A DNA stretch of 64,000 nucleotides. It comes from Malacoraja senta (taxonomy: Eukaryota). The stretch is taken from positions 7,752,001-7,816,000 of the forward strand of contig CM075996.1 of the NCBI GenBank assembly GCA_038087875.1, written 5' to 3'. Below are positions 51,938-63,792 of this stretch, piece by piece; within the stretch, counting starts at the first letter, position 1, and each line of letters begins with the position of its first letter. A program made the translations under genes and the position numbers. A model generated the notes under the pieces. The model was given only the letters and a program-made list of their open reading frames with translations, ran no database searches and was not told the DNA's origin.

Positions 51938-52061
51938 TTGGTGCGGCCCCTGTCGTATGCTCAGTCCAAGGCTCGAGAAAATCGTGGCAAAGCAGGAAGG
52001 GAAAGTTATTATGGCTAAAGTGGACATAGATGACCAGACGGACCTCGCCATGAAATACAAG
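51938..52061 (+). CDS. txn2: TXN2-like second coding exon (active site)
   Basis: ccttctttccgctcgacAG|T TGG TGC GGC CCC TGT: (S)[41 protein letters not shown]; donor AAG|GTATGG; 124 nt, phases compatible with both neighbours. Confidence 0.97.
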
Positions 52062-52521
52062 GTATGGGCATAGAATTTAATCACCGCTGCACCAGGGGGA
52101 TTATTTGCAAAACCCATTTTAAATCTCCTTGATTTAAAGTTTCAAAACTAACCTGAATTTTTAAACATAAGAACAGATAGGGTTTGATCTTCCTCTTGCT
52201 GCCCAGGCGCATTGGTGCGGAATGGCTGCCTCACCATAGAGTAAATAGAGCACACGCCCGTTCCCTCTCCTTTACACAACATGAATGAAACACGCAATGC
52301 TTGCTATTCCCATCTCCATTAGTTTAGTTTAGTGATACCGCACGGAAGCAGGCCCTTCGTCCCACCGAGTCCGTGCCGACCAGTGATCCCCGCACACTTG
52401 CCCTGTCCTGCACACACTAGGGACAATTTACAATTATACCAAGCCAATTAACCAACTTTGGAGTACACCTTTGGAGTGTGGGAGGAAACCGGAGATCCCA
52501 GAGAAAACCCAGTCAGGTCAC

Positions 52522-52654
52522 TTCTTTTTCGTGTGGCGTGCACAGTCTAAAGTTGTTGGACAACTTGTTCTATTTGATCTTCCGTTTGTGCACGTCGAGT
52601 TGATTGCATTAGTCGAAATGGGGCGGACCACGTGAAGGTTGCAGTCTTCCTCCC
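52522..52654 (-). mobile_element. Short non-autonomous retroelement (possibly Ingi/Vingi-related)
   Basis: Flanked by direct repeat (ccc)agtcaggtcac (52508-52521, 52652-52665); minus-strand 3' end ...tgtgcacgccacacgaaaaagaa; family assignment is tentative. Confidence 0.75.
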
Positions 52655-52655
52655 A
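52602..52655 (-). ncRNA. HDV-like self-cleaving ribozyme fold (partly degenerate copy)
   Basis: P1 (u)GGGaGG/CCGCCCC, P2 GAcUGCA/UGCAAUC, P3 ACC/GGU, L3 UUCACGU, J4/2 CUAA, in HDV order. Confidence 0.6.
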
Positions 52656-53483
52656 GTCAGGTCACGAGGAGAATGTACAAGTTCCGTACAGACTGGCACC
52701 CGTAGTCAGGATCGAACCGGGGTGCCTGGCGATGTGAGGCAGCAACTCTGCCGCCGTGCGGCCTTTTAGGTTGATGTTGACGGGGCTTGATGATTACTGG
52801 GTCTCTGGCATAATTGCCTGTTGCCGGGTGAATTGTATGGAAATAGGTATCTTGAAGGTTGAAGGAGCTGAGAGTTGGGAAGATTCAGAGGCAGAGAAGG
52901 ATGAGTGTCGGAAGAGATCAAAGTTTACACAGGATGGGAGGTTGACCAGGACAATGTTTTAATAGTAGATAGACACATAATGCTGGAGTAACTCAGCGGA
53001 TGAGGCAGCATCTCTGGAGAGAAGGAATGGGTGATGTTTTGGGTCGTTTTATTAGTGCTGTTGTAACACCTGCCAGTCTTGTGCAAATAGGAAACTTGAT
53101 CTTCACTTTCTACACCTCTGTGCTAAGGTTTTGGAGACGGACGTTCTGCTCTTTTCGTCATGTTGTGATGCACAGAGATGCAGGGGTTAAATTCTGAGCT
53201 AGTCATCAGGCACATGGTTCAGTTGTTCTCAGGGGTTGGGCCGTCTATCACTGTAATACGAAGATAGACACAAAAAGCTGGCGTAACTCAACGGGACAGG
53301 CAGCATCTCTGGAGAGAAGGAATGGGTGATGTTTTGGGTCGAGACTATAATACACATGGTATTAGATGATCATGGAAGCCTACTGCTGGGTCCTGTACAC
53401 ATCGGAATTCCAATGGGGCACAACTTGGCATTTTACACATTATTGAACCAGAGAAAGAAATCAGTTGTGCAAATTGCATATGA

Positions 53484-53782
53484 AGGGCCTGTCCCACTGT
53501 ACAAGGTAATTCAAGAGCTCTCCCGAGTTTTAAAAAAAATAATCAAACTCGTGGTATGTACGTAGCAGCTACGTTGGAGCTCGTGGATGTCTCGTAGCGG
53601 CTCGTAACGCTAACGGCAGGTACTCGGGAAATGCCTTAACTCATGAAGTTTTTTCAACACTGTGAAAAATGTCCACGAGAGCCCCGAGTACCTACGAACG
53701 GCTAGTACCGTAATTCTCCGAGTTTGAATCGGGGGAAACTCGGGAGAACTCTTGAATTACCTAGTACAGTGGGACAGGCCCT
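53484..53782. mobile_element. PIF/Harbinger-type MITE
   Basis: TIRs agggcctgtcccactgtac / gtacagtgggacaggccct. Confidence 0.82.
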
Positions 53783-54595
53783 TTACTGAGACTGTTTTAT
53801 TTTTTATTTTTTATTATTTATTTTTATTAGAAGTAAGTACAATTGTATACAATCATATTTTCATAATACATTTTATGTACAGCTTCTTATTTTTTTAAAT
53901 TTTGTAATAAAGAAGAAAAAGAAGTTAGATAATGAAGAATAGAAAAATGTGAGATATATAGTGTGTGAAAAAGAAAAATAGAGACTGTGAGGCGGTTCTT
54001 AGTCTTTCTGGTATGAAGTGGGTTTAGCCGACTTGAATCCACATCTGCCTGTTCACAGCTGGGTGCCCTGACTCACTGACTCATTCGGGAGCAGTTAAAC
54101 AGATCTGTTGAATTTGGGTCCAGTGCAGCCTGTTTGTTTTTATCTCTCTGACGTTCCTGAATGGAATGCTTGGTAAATTTGGAAGGGCAGAGAAGTGGTG
54201 TTTGACCCAAGCTGAATTCCTGGGAATTGAGGTTTATAGGCAGACGAGATTAAAGGGTTTCCAGATTGTCTTTACCCACTCCGCAGAGCTTCTTCTTATC
54301 GAGTCCACACACAAGATTAGAAGTTGTTCAGCCAGAGCGGAACACATTTATCGGCATCTGCATACAATGGTGTCTGTCTTGTCGCTTCTTGTGCTTGGTG
54401 GTGGAAACAGGGCTGCGACGTGAACGCTCTTCCCTTGACCCCACTCCGCACACTACAGTGACCTTGTGCAGAGCTCCCAAAGCAGAAGGGACAATAAAAA
54501 TTGGAAGGCTTCTGAGATTCATCCTGTGATATTGCGGAAAGTTGGGGAAGAATTCCTGGATGCTCGATCAACTCTGAATGGAATTCTACAGCATA

Positions 54596-54907
54596 GGCAG
54601 CAGCACGGTGGTGCAGCGGTAGAGTTGCTGCCTTACAGCGCCAGAGACCCGGGTTCAATCCTGACTACGGGTGCTGTCTGTATGGGATTTTACGTTCTCT
54701 TCCATGACCTGCGTGGGTTTTCTCCGGAAGCTCCAGTTTCCTCCCACACTGCAAAGACGTACAGGTTTGTAGGTTAATTGGCTTGGTAAAATTGTAAATT
54801 GTCCCTAGTGTGTGTAGGATAGTGTTAGTGTGCGGGGAACGCTGGATAGCACGGACTCGCTGAGCCGAACAGCCTGCTTCCATGCTGTATCTCTAAACTA
54901 AACTAAA
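54596..54907 (+). mobile_element. Full-length HE1-type tRNA-derived V-SINE
   Basis: A-box tggtgcagcggt, B-box gggttcaatcc, tttcctcccacactgcaaagac core, ctaaa-repeat tail. Confidence 0.9.
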
Positions 54908-55328
54908 AGCAGCAGCCAGTTGGTCTAATCATACCATGATAGTTTTTTGAAATAACCTTTTTGTAATCCCACACTACTTTGACCTATAAAGAACCAAATG
55001 TCTCCCATTCCTTTTGAAAAGTTAATGTTAAATCTACTTCCAGATGGTGTAATCAAGATCAAAGCAATTTTTCCAGAATATAAAAATGTAATAATAAATA
55101 CCACTGAGTTATCTAATTAGATCACAAACTTGCAGCAGTGAACTGAGAGGGTTAACAGGAACCATCGTGGTTTGTGTGGTGCTGCGGATCCTGAAACAAG
55201 CTACAGCTGGCAACTTGTTCTTGCCATTTCCACCTGTGTGCCAACTACACCATCCATTCTATTGTACCTCCGTGGAAGAGATCGGCCATGCAGGTGTAAG
55301 TTGTTTTTCAGGGCTCTGGTTAGACTTA

Positions 55329-55522
55329 AGGGCCTGTCCCACTTGGGCGTCATTTGCACGTCATTTACGCTACATTTACGCGTCACGACGCACGCATGCT
55401 ACACATTACGCGTGCGTGGTGACGTAGGCAGTCACGCGCGGCACCCCAGGATTTTGGGATGTACAAAATCTTTGCACGCCATCTGCGCGCCGCGCAAATG
55501 ACGCCCAAGTGCAACAGGCCCT
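55329..55522. mobile_element. PIF/Harbinger-type MITE
   Basis: TTA TSD on both sides; ~28-bp TIR agggcctgtcccacttgggcgtcatttgc. Confidence 0.85.
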
Positions 55523-56611
55523 TTACAGCACAGCAACAGGCCCTTCAGCCCAATTTGTCCATGCCGACCAGGATGTCCCATCTAAGCCAGTCCATTTTTG
55601 CCTGCGTTTAGACGATATCTCTATACTTTTCCTGTCCATGTATCTGTCTAAGTAGTCTTTAGTTATGCCCAGCTGCAAAACCAATTTTAATGCAATGAAA
55701 ATTACATGAAATGAAACAAAAGCTGTGAACTCTCAGCGTATCAGGCAGCATCGTGGAATGGGAAGCAGAATTAACATTTCAGATCGAAGGATGCTACCTG
55801 ACTTGCTGAGTATTTCTCGCGATTTCTGTTCTAATTTTAGTACATGTTTGCACAAGTTGGTGGCTTTCTTGATTTGAACCTAAAAACATTTGATTGCTGC
55901 CTGCCTTGAGGCCACCTGCCAATGGTCTTCTGCAGCTGAAAGAGTGTTATTATAAAGGCTGATCTTTGGGATTTAAGAACAGGGGCCCATTGACAGCTGT
56001 ACAAAAACCCCACGGGGCTATTAGTAGAGCAGCAAATGATTTATATGTTGTCCAATTTATCTATTCTAATCAATATCACCAAAAGCAAGTAATTGGTTTA
56101 TGGATTTTTCTGTATAAATTCCACCACATTTGCCTAAACACATAAATGAATATAAATGTCAATAAGTATAGGAACTAGAGTAGGCTGTTTGTCCCATAAC
56201 ATTTCTGTTTAGTAAGAGCAGAGTTGATTTATAACCCAACTCTATACCCACCGTTTCTCAATTAAAAAAAAATAACTTTTGTTCTTGATCACAACTTTAA
56301 AATTAGCAATTGACTTGGCATCAAATGCCATTTCGTGGAAGAACTTGTACTTGTCTGTATTGAAAATTCTGGCATTAAAATTCAGGATGCGTTCTTTTCA
56401 TCATCTCTTGCTCTGGGCTAACGATGTCCCTGTTCTTACAAAGGGAGAGACTGGAATTGTGTAGGAAGGAACGGCAGATACTGGTTTAAGAAGGGTCTCT
56501 ACCCAAAGCGTCACCCATTCCTTCTCTGCAGAGATGTTGCCTGTCTCGCTGAGTTACTCCAGCATTTTGTGTCTATCTGGAATTTGGATCGTTCACCTCA
56601 GGGGAAAGTAA

Positions 56612-56844
56612 AGGGTCTGTCCCACTTGGTGATTTTTTTTTTTTTTGGCGACTGCTGGCATCATATCAGTGTCGCCAAAAGATTTTGAACATTTCAAAAT
56701 CCAGCGGCGACAGAAAAAATGTTGCGACGCTTGAAAAAACACCGCGCGTCAATACGTCATCACGCCGTGAATTTTTCAGTGACCTGATACGTCAGTCAAT
56801 GACGCCGGCAGTCGCCGAAGAAGTTACCAAGTGGGACAGGCCCT
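56612..56844. mobile_element. PIF/Harbinger-type MITE
   Basis: TIRs agggtctgtcccacttggt / accaagtgggacaggccct; taa/tta flanks. Confidence 0.8.
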
Positions 56845-57521
56845 TTAAGAATAAATTTTTGGTAAGTGAGGATTTTTTGGGCAAAAGAACTAGAGATTAG
56901 ATTATTGGTTTCATACAGCAAGTCATCATGCAGAGTGCATTCCCTGAAAGGATGATGGAATTGGTTCCAGAACTTCTTTTCAAAAAGTAATTGGATTAAT
57001 AAAGGAAGGAAGCACCCAACAGCTAACAACGGCCCATTTCCTTTATCATCGTTACTTTTTTGCACATCTTTCATTCATTGTCCCCCCTCTCCCCACCTCC
57101 ATCATCGTCTAGATCTCTCGTTTCCTTTTCCTGTGACTTTCACTGAAGAAGGGTCTAGACCCCAAACGTTACCCATTCCTTCTCTCCAGAGATGCTGCCT
57201 GTCCCGCTGACTTACTCCAGCTTTTTGTGTCTTATCTTCGGTTTCGACCAGCAATTGCAGTTCTTTCCTACACAAGGAGACAACCACGCAGGTCTTGTAG
57301 AAGGGAGCAAGGGAATGGGCGTCATTAGATGGCGTTTCTGAGACGGCATGGCTGCAGTGTGTTGATCGGCCCACACTCAAATGTGACTTCCCACTGAATT
57401 GACACAGCGTAATCTAAGCTACGGACTCCCACCAAACACTTGCGTTGAAAAGGATTTTGTGGGGTGTTGTACTTTGAGTTCTGATTGCACAAATGTAAAT
57501 ATAAAGTTCTTTCTTTTGCAG

Positions 57522-57632
57522 GTGTCTGTGGTCCCGACTGTAATAGCTATTAAAGATGGGGACATCGTGAGCAAGTTCGCAGGAGTTAAAAGTGAAGATG
57601 ACCTGGAAGTGTTTATCAAAAACCTGATTTGA
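57522..57632 (+). CDS. txn2: TXN2-like last coding exon
   Basis: ttctttcttttgc[41 protein letters not shown], with the cis-Pro motif VPT. Confidence 0.96.
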   Translation: MSVVPTVIAIKDGDIVSKFAGVKSEDDLEVFIKNLI

Positions 57633-57995
57633 CCAAGCTTGTAAAGGTTTGAGATGCTTGTATGATCCTCTTCGTCCCAACTAAATGTTTATTTTTAATG
57701 AAATCCTAAAATGACACTGATGGCCGGGAGAGATTGCTGTGGCTGCCCTCTCATCGGCTGGTAAATCCTGCCCCAGGAGGTTGCAATCTCCTGTCATGCT
57801 GTGAAACCTGTAGCCGTTATTGCACACAATACATAAACTGCCCCCCCCCCCCCCCCCCCCCCACTACCTTTTGTGTAGGGAAGAACTGCAGATGCTGGTA
57901 TAAATCGAAAACAGACTCCTGATGCTGCCTGTCCCGCTGAGTTACTCCAGCATTTTGTGTCCATCCCAGCTACCTTTTGGCAGCCTCAAACCTTT

Positions 57996-58673
57996 GTTGT
58001 TGTTGTTCGTCCTTCATAGTCGAAGAAGACCATGACTTCAGTGTTTTTGTTTTGGGGTCTGGAGGTGACTGGTGAGACCGATCTGGGCCCGGAAGGCTCG
58101 CCCGCATATTGGACACAGCTGGGCGAGTGCCGCAGTGGAAGCCGAAGTGGCCCGGGCCCCGCGTTTCCTCTGAGTGTCGGCGGTCCGCCCCTTCCCAGCT
58201 GCACGCACTCCTGTGGTGATCCTGCTTCGCCCTGTTGGGCGGTATGGGTCCTGAAGTCATGACTTGCGCTTGACTTGGATTCAATAGACAATAGGTGCAG
58301 GAGTAGGCCCTTCGAGCCAGCACCGCCATTCAATGTGATCATGGCTGATCATCCCCAATCAGTACCCCGTTCCTGCCTTCTCCCCATATCCCCATGACTC
58401 CGCTATCTTTAAGAGCCCTATCTAGCTCTCTCTTGAAAACATCCAGAGAACTGGCCTCCACTGCCCTCTGAGGCAGAGAATTCCACACTCACCACTCTCT
58501 GTGAGAAAAAGTGTTTCCTCGTCTCCGTTCTAAATGGCTTTCCCCTTATTTTTAAACTGTGGCCCCCTGGTTCTGGAGTGAGGGAGAGTTGCGCAAATCA
58601 TCAGCCTCCCTCTCTCTCTCGTCCCGGCTTATCAGGATCCAGTGGCAAGACATAGTCCAGACGGCTGGCGATA
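57996..58673 (-). mobile_element. RTE-type non-autonomous retroelement with nested CR1 fragment (58282-58577)
   Basis: 17-bp TSD ggcagcctcaaaccttt (57979-57995, 58674-58690); (CAA)n tail on the minus strand. Confidence 0.8.
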
Positions 58674-58851
58674 GGCAGCCTCAAACCTTTAGAGCCCGTT
58701 CGAAGCAGCAGCATTGTTTTCTCATCTTATTCCATCTGCTGGATCATCTTTATTTCCATCCATTTGTCCCACTGATTTAACCTTTCCCTGTCCCATACGC
58801 TTCTTCTGTCCACTAGTGTGTAGTTCTCCAGCCTCTGATGACTACGCTTAA

Positions 58852-59215
58852 TACAATAGGACTATATTCATCCCAGGAGGGAAATTGATCTGCCATCAGT
58901 CATAGAACACAAAATACATGAAACTAAAGTGACAAGTGGAAAGGATTGGGGATGTGCAAAGATTTTGGGGGGGGGGGGGAGGAGGGGAAGAGTCCGTCTA
59001 CCCCACGACAGCAGGGGGAGGAGTTGTACAGTTTGATAGCCACAGGGAAGAAGGATCTCCTGTGGCGTTCTGTGCTGCATCTTGGTGGAACCAGTCTGTT
59101 GCTGAAGGTGCTCCTCAGGTTGACCAGTGTGTCATGGAGGGGGTATTGTCCAAGATGCTCTGCAGTTTGAGGAGCATCCTCCCCTCCAAGACCACCACCT
59201 CCCGTGAATCCAACT
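58852..59215 (-). mobile_element. Rex1-like LINE 3' fragment
   Basis: ..RCSTERHRRSFFPVAIKLYN.. on the minus strand followed by a 3'UTR. Confidence 0.7.
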
Positions 59216-59411
59216 CGGCCTTGAATCTAACTTTATTGTGCTGCGCCACAATAAAGTAATCTTGCACCGGTTGCAGAAATGATCCATGAATCCAAGTTAA
59301 TGATCTGAATTCCAATGAGTCGATGATCTGTGCACTTGGTGAAAACCATTGCAGGCGAGGCTAGTGTACAGACTCGACCTGCTGCCGTCAAGGATAAGTA
59401 ATGATTGCTGC

Positions 59412-60020
59412 CAATAGACAATAGGTGCAGTAGTAGGCCATTCGGCCCTTTGAGCCAGCACTGCCATTCAATGTGATCATGGCTGATCATCCCCAATCAG
59501 TACCCTGTTCCTGCCTTCTCCCCATATCCCCTGACTCTGCTATTTTTAAGAGCCCTATCTAGCTCTGTCTTCAAAGCATCCAGAGAACCGGCCTCCACCG
59601 CCCTCTGAGGCAGAGAATTCCACACACTCACCACTCTGTGAGAAAAAGTGTTTCCTCGTCACCGTTCTAAATGGCTTACCCCTTATTCTTAAACTGTGGC
59701 CCCTGGTTCTGAACTCCCCCAACATCGGGAACATGTTTCCTGCTTCTAGCGTGTCCAAACCCTTAACAATCTTATATGTTTCAATGAGATTCCTTCTCAT
59801 CCTTCTAAACTCCAGGTGTACAAGCCCAGCTGCTCCATTCTCTCAGCATATGGCAGTCCTGCCATCCTGGGAATTAACCTTGTAAACCTACGCTGCACTC
59901 CCTCAATAGCAAGAATGTCCTTCGTCAAATTAGGGGACCAAAACTGTACACAATACTCCAGGTGTGGTCTCACTAGGGCCCTGTACAACTGCAGAAGGAC
60001 CTCTTTACTCCTGTATTCGA
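59412..60020 (-). mobile_element. CR1 LINE 3' fragment
   Basis: LYRALVRPHLEYCVQFWSPNLTKDILAIEGVQRRFTRLIP. Confidence 0.92.
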
Positions 60021-62382
60021 TGCCTTGGAGAGACTACAGGCAGCAACTAGAATCAGAATGCAGTCAAAAATGCTAGAAAGGTTGGAATAATACTATTTAA
60101 TAAATCAAATCATGAAATAGATTTAGGCTCTCCACCGAAAGAAAGGTTCGTATCGCAAGAGTCAGTGGTCTGGACACTTCAGAAATGGTGCTAACTCCAT
60201 CTCTCATTGGTTTTGAAATAGATCCTACCACAACAGTCTCTTTGGTTAATCATCCATTTTAATAAAGATAGTTTTGTGCTCTTGGGCAGGAGTGAGCAGT
60301 CATGAATTACTGCCAGAAACAGACATTTCCCATGATATTGAACACATGATCTCTTCATACTTGGTGGAACTTTGACCAATGTACTAACAAAGGCAGACTA
60401 TCATACATTTGACAGCTCGGAAAAGTTGTTCTGCTGGAGTCTTGCTGCAGTATATTCATCATGAACTCCCTTCTGCTTTATCTCTAACCACTTGAAGGAC
60501 GATGTCCTCACACGAATGCAATACTATTGTCTGAGAGGGGAAGTGAAAGGGGAAGAAGGCTTTCTACACACTTTTGAAGTTCTGGCGAGCTGCCCAAGTT
60601 GTGACACTGCATAATTCATGAGGGAGGGAATTGCCTGGCAGCAGTTGTGGTCCGTCACATTCAGCGTGCCGAGGTAGGGCAGCTCCTGGCTGCATTGTAT
60701 TGTAAATCCGTGAACCCATAAACATGAAGCACAACTGGGTCTAGTACTGGCCACTAGGGAAAAAAAAAGTTGACGATTTCAATCTTTGCTGCCAATGTAT
60801 AGAGCTCTTTGGTCTCAGCTTTGGATTCCTTCAGCAACCACGATTAGGGAAATAAATGCTCGTCATATTATAGCGCGTACACAGTTAAATAAAAGTCAAA
60901 GAGTCTGCAAAGAATGACTACTTTGTTGATGCACTGAAGATATCTTTGATAGACACACAAATCTGGAGTAACTCAGCAGGACAGGCAGCATCTCTGGAGA
61001 GAAGGGGTGGGTGACCTTTGGGGTCGAGACCCTACAGCCTTTGGCTAGTAAGAAGTGGGGAAGGAAGAGAGAATTGATAGAGAGCGGGAAGGGGAGATTC
61101 AGCTCGGCGTTGATGCGTAAAGCTTTCCGTTTCTGTTGCTGTGTCCTCCATGGGTATCATAAGTGAGAGGAGCAGAATTAGGCCATTCAGCCCATCTAGT
61201 CAACTCCACCATTCAATCATGGCTGATCTATCTTTCCCTCTCAACCCCATTCTCCTGCCTTCTCCCCGTAACTCCTGACACCTTTATGACCTTCCGGAGG
61301 TGTTCCCCTCCATCCTTCTATTCAGCAGGCTTCGAGTACGATGGAAAGAGGGTTTATGTTACAGAAAATCACAATGTGGATGTTTTTTCTTAAGGAACAT
61401 AATCCATAACGCAGAGTGTTTGGAACAATGTTGTCGGTATTATGGATGGGGATCAAGCCTTCACTGTGAAAGTGGTCGGAGTCCACTAATGATGTCATTG
61501 TTATGCATTTAATATAATTTGCTGTTTTTTCCAATATAAAAACAGTCCAACTTCTGTTGCATTCGAGTGATAAGATTCTTGGATTCAATCGCCAGCAGAG
61601 ACCAGCTTTGTTAACTTCCAACAGCGAGGCACTATTCCCAGTAAAACTTGCCTCTGCTCCCTTGCCCAGATCAATGGAGAAGAACGAGGGGAGGTGGAAA
61701 TCATCCCATGTTTGCAGTCCTTTGTTGGAAAGTGGATCAAGATTACTACATGTCTCTAACGATTGCTGGCATGCGCTGCCAATGCATGTACTAAATGGGT
61801 GCAGCAGTGGAATTGGAGAGAAGAGTGAGCAGCTTTGTGTGGCAAGTGACAATTTTTAACTTGCCAGGGTCTAAGAACTGTGGAAACTCTATGCTTGATA
61901 TGAAGGACACTGATTGTGTTTGGGACACTGCTGGACTCTAAACAAGTGCATGGTGGTGAGGAATAATGACAAGGTTACCGCTGCAGATACTCAACCAGTC
62001 AGGCATCTGTAGAAAGAGAAACGGTTAGTATTCTGAAGGGCCATTTGCCTCCAAGATTAGCTCTGTTTCTCTCTCTGTGGATGCTGCCTGACATGCTGAG
62101 TATTGCCAGCGATTTGTTTTAACGTTACGACCGTGCCAACATCTCCAGCTTCGCTTTGCTTCACTGTCTGGCACATACTTGCCAGCGGCAGAAACACAAA
62201 CACTTTGTCATTAACTGAAAGATTTCCTTTGGCAGACCACTCGAATGACGTGGAACTGAAGTTGAGATCCAGCAAGGAAGAAGCAATGTCTATCTTGTCA
62301 TTTACTCGCTGATCATTTTTTAAACCAATTTTTGGTTTTTTTTTTTAATTGTTAAATCTTGCCACCAATGTAACAGATTTAT

Positions 62383-62406
62383 ATTAAATAAATGCAGCAA
62401 ATTAAA
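62383..62406 (+). terminator. Candidate polyadenylation signal cluster
   Basis: ATTAAA/AATAAA (62383-62392) and ATTAAA (62401-62406), T-rich upstream and GT/T-rich downstream. Confidence 0.35.
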
Positions 62407-63354
62407 TGTTTTAATGGTATCTTGTCTCCTTGTTTTGCCCCTCCCTCACCCCACTTCTGTCTTTGCTGATCTGTGAGATAAGCACGAAATGCTGGAGTAA
62501 CTCAGTGGACAGGCAGCATCTCTGGAGAGAGGGAATGGGTGACGTTTTAGGTCAAGACCTTTCGTCAGTCTCGACCTGAAACGTCGCCCATACCTTTTCG
62601 CCAAGATGCTGCCAGTCCCACTGGGTTACTCCAGCATTTTGTGTCTATCTTTGATTTAAACCAGCATCTGCAGTTCTTTCCTACACATTTTGCTGATGTG
62701 AACTTGGCTCATGCAAGGATAAGGATTCTAATTCCTGATCCATTTACGTTCTAGGTGCTAATGGCGATAAAAGTAAGATCAAAACTGCATTTCTGAAACC
62801 ATTATTAGATATTGCAGCAGATGAGTTGCTGGGACAAAAAGATTCAAGAAAGGATGTTAGGAGCATCTTTGAGAAATGTATATTCCTGCAATTTTATTGT
62901 ATTGCCTTTTAACAACCCTGATGGCTTATGGTGCTTGGGGATAGTGACATACTATAATGTAGGTAACAAAACTATAGGTAGTGCCTGTGATAAGACCCCA
63001 CAGAACCCAACAGCAGATGATAAATTGGGTCATCCTCACTGAGCATAAATATAGGCCAGGAATATTACTCTTCAAGCTCCAAAGACAAAGGTATGGAGGT
63101 TAATGTAAATATCTTGGTAAATGTAAACGTTGTCCCTAGTGTGTGTAGGATAGTGTTAATATGCAGGGAGTTGCTGGTCGGCGAGGACCCGGTGGGCCGA
63201 AGGGCCTGTTCCTCTATCTCTGTATCTGTATCTCTGTATCTGTTCCTGTATCTCTAAACCAATAAACTAAACTAAACAGCGATTCGGGCCGAAACCCTTC
63301 TTCAGTTGCCTTCGAGTGCATTCGAATACTGCTATTCTTTATGACCTTGTATCT

Positions 63355-63487
63355 CAGTCTGAAGAAGGGTTTCGGCCCGAAACGTTGCCTATTTCCTTGG
63401 CTCCATTGATGCTGCTGCACCCGCTGAGTTGCTCCAGCATTTTTGTCTACCTTTGATTTTCCAGCATCTGCAGTTCCTTCTTAAACT
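63355..63487 (+). mobile_element. Penelope terminal repeat with intact hammerhead-like core
   Basis: gtCTGAAGAagggtttcggcccGAAAcgtt; matches 9181-9310. Confidence 0.8.
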
Positions 63488-63792
63488 AAACATATAGTTA
63501 CATGGTTATGAATAGTTTCATGGCTGATACCGTCTCATCCAGCTGGACCACAGGTCCCACCACCTGGTCTTTTGTGCCGAAGTGTTTCAAGTGCTCTCAT
63601 CCGAACACTTAAATGCTGACCCAGCGTCAACTACTCTCTCTGACAGTGCATTCCAGGGACTTATCTCTTTGGGTGAAGCAGGTCTCCATTTTCCCTCCAA
63701 ATTTCTTACTCACCTAAAATTCATCCTCTTATCTACCTCTAATCTATGAGAAAATATTTCCTGTAGTCTATCCTATCAATGCCCCTTGTAAA

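Larger units (their letters stand above)
52319..52760 (-). mobile_element. HE1-type V-SINE interrupted by a 130-bp insertion
   Basis: SINE sequence on both sides of 52522-52651. Confidence 0.85.

Noticed and set aside
54596..54670. tRNA genes suggested by A/B boxes
   Set aside because: These are heads of tRNA-derived SINEs continuing into the V-domain and CR1 tail
60524..60753. Minus-strand terminal exon after a strong acceptor (tttttttttccctAG)
   Set aside because: No recognisable protein in any frame and no partner exons found
61322..61852. 176-aa minus-strand ORF
   Set aside because: Non-ATG start, no recognisable homology; region looks UTR-like
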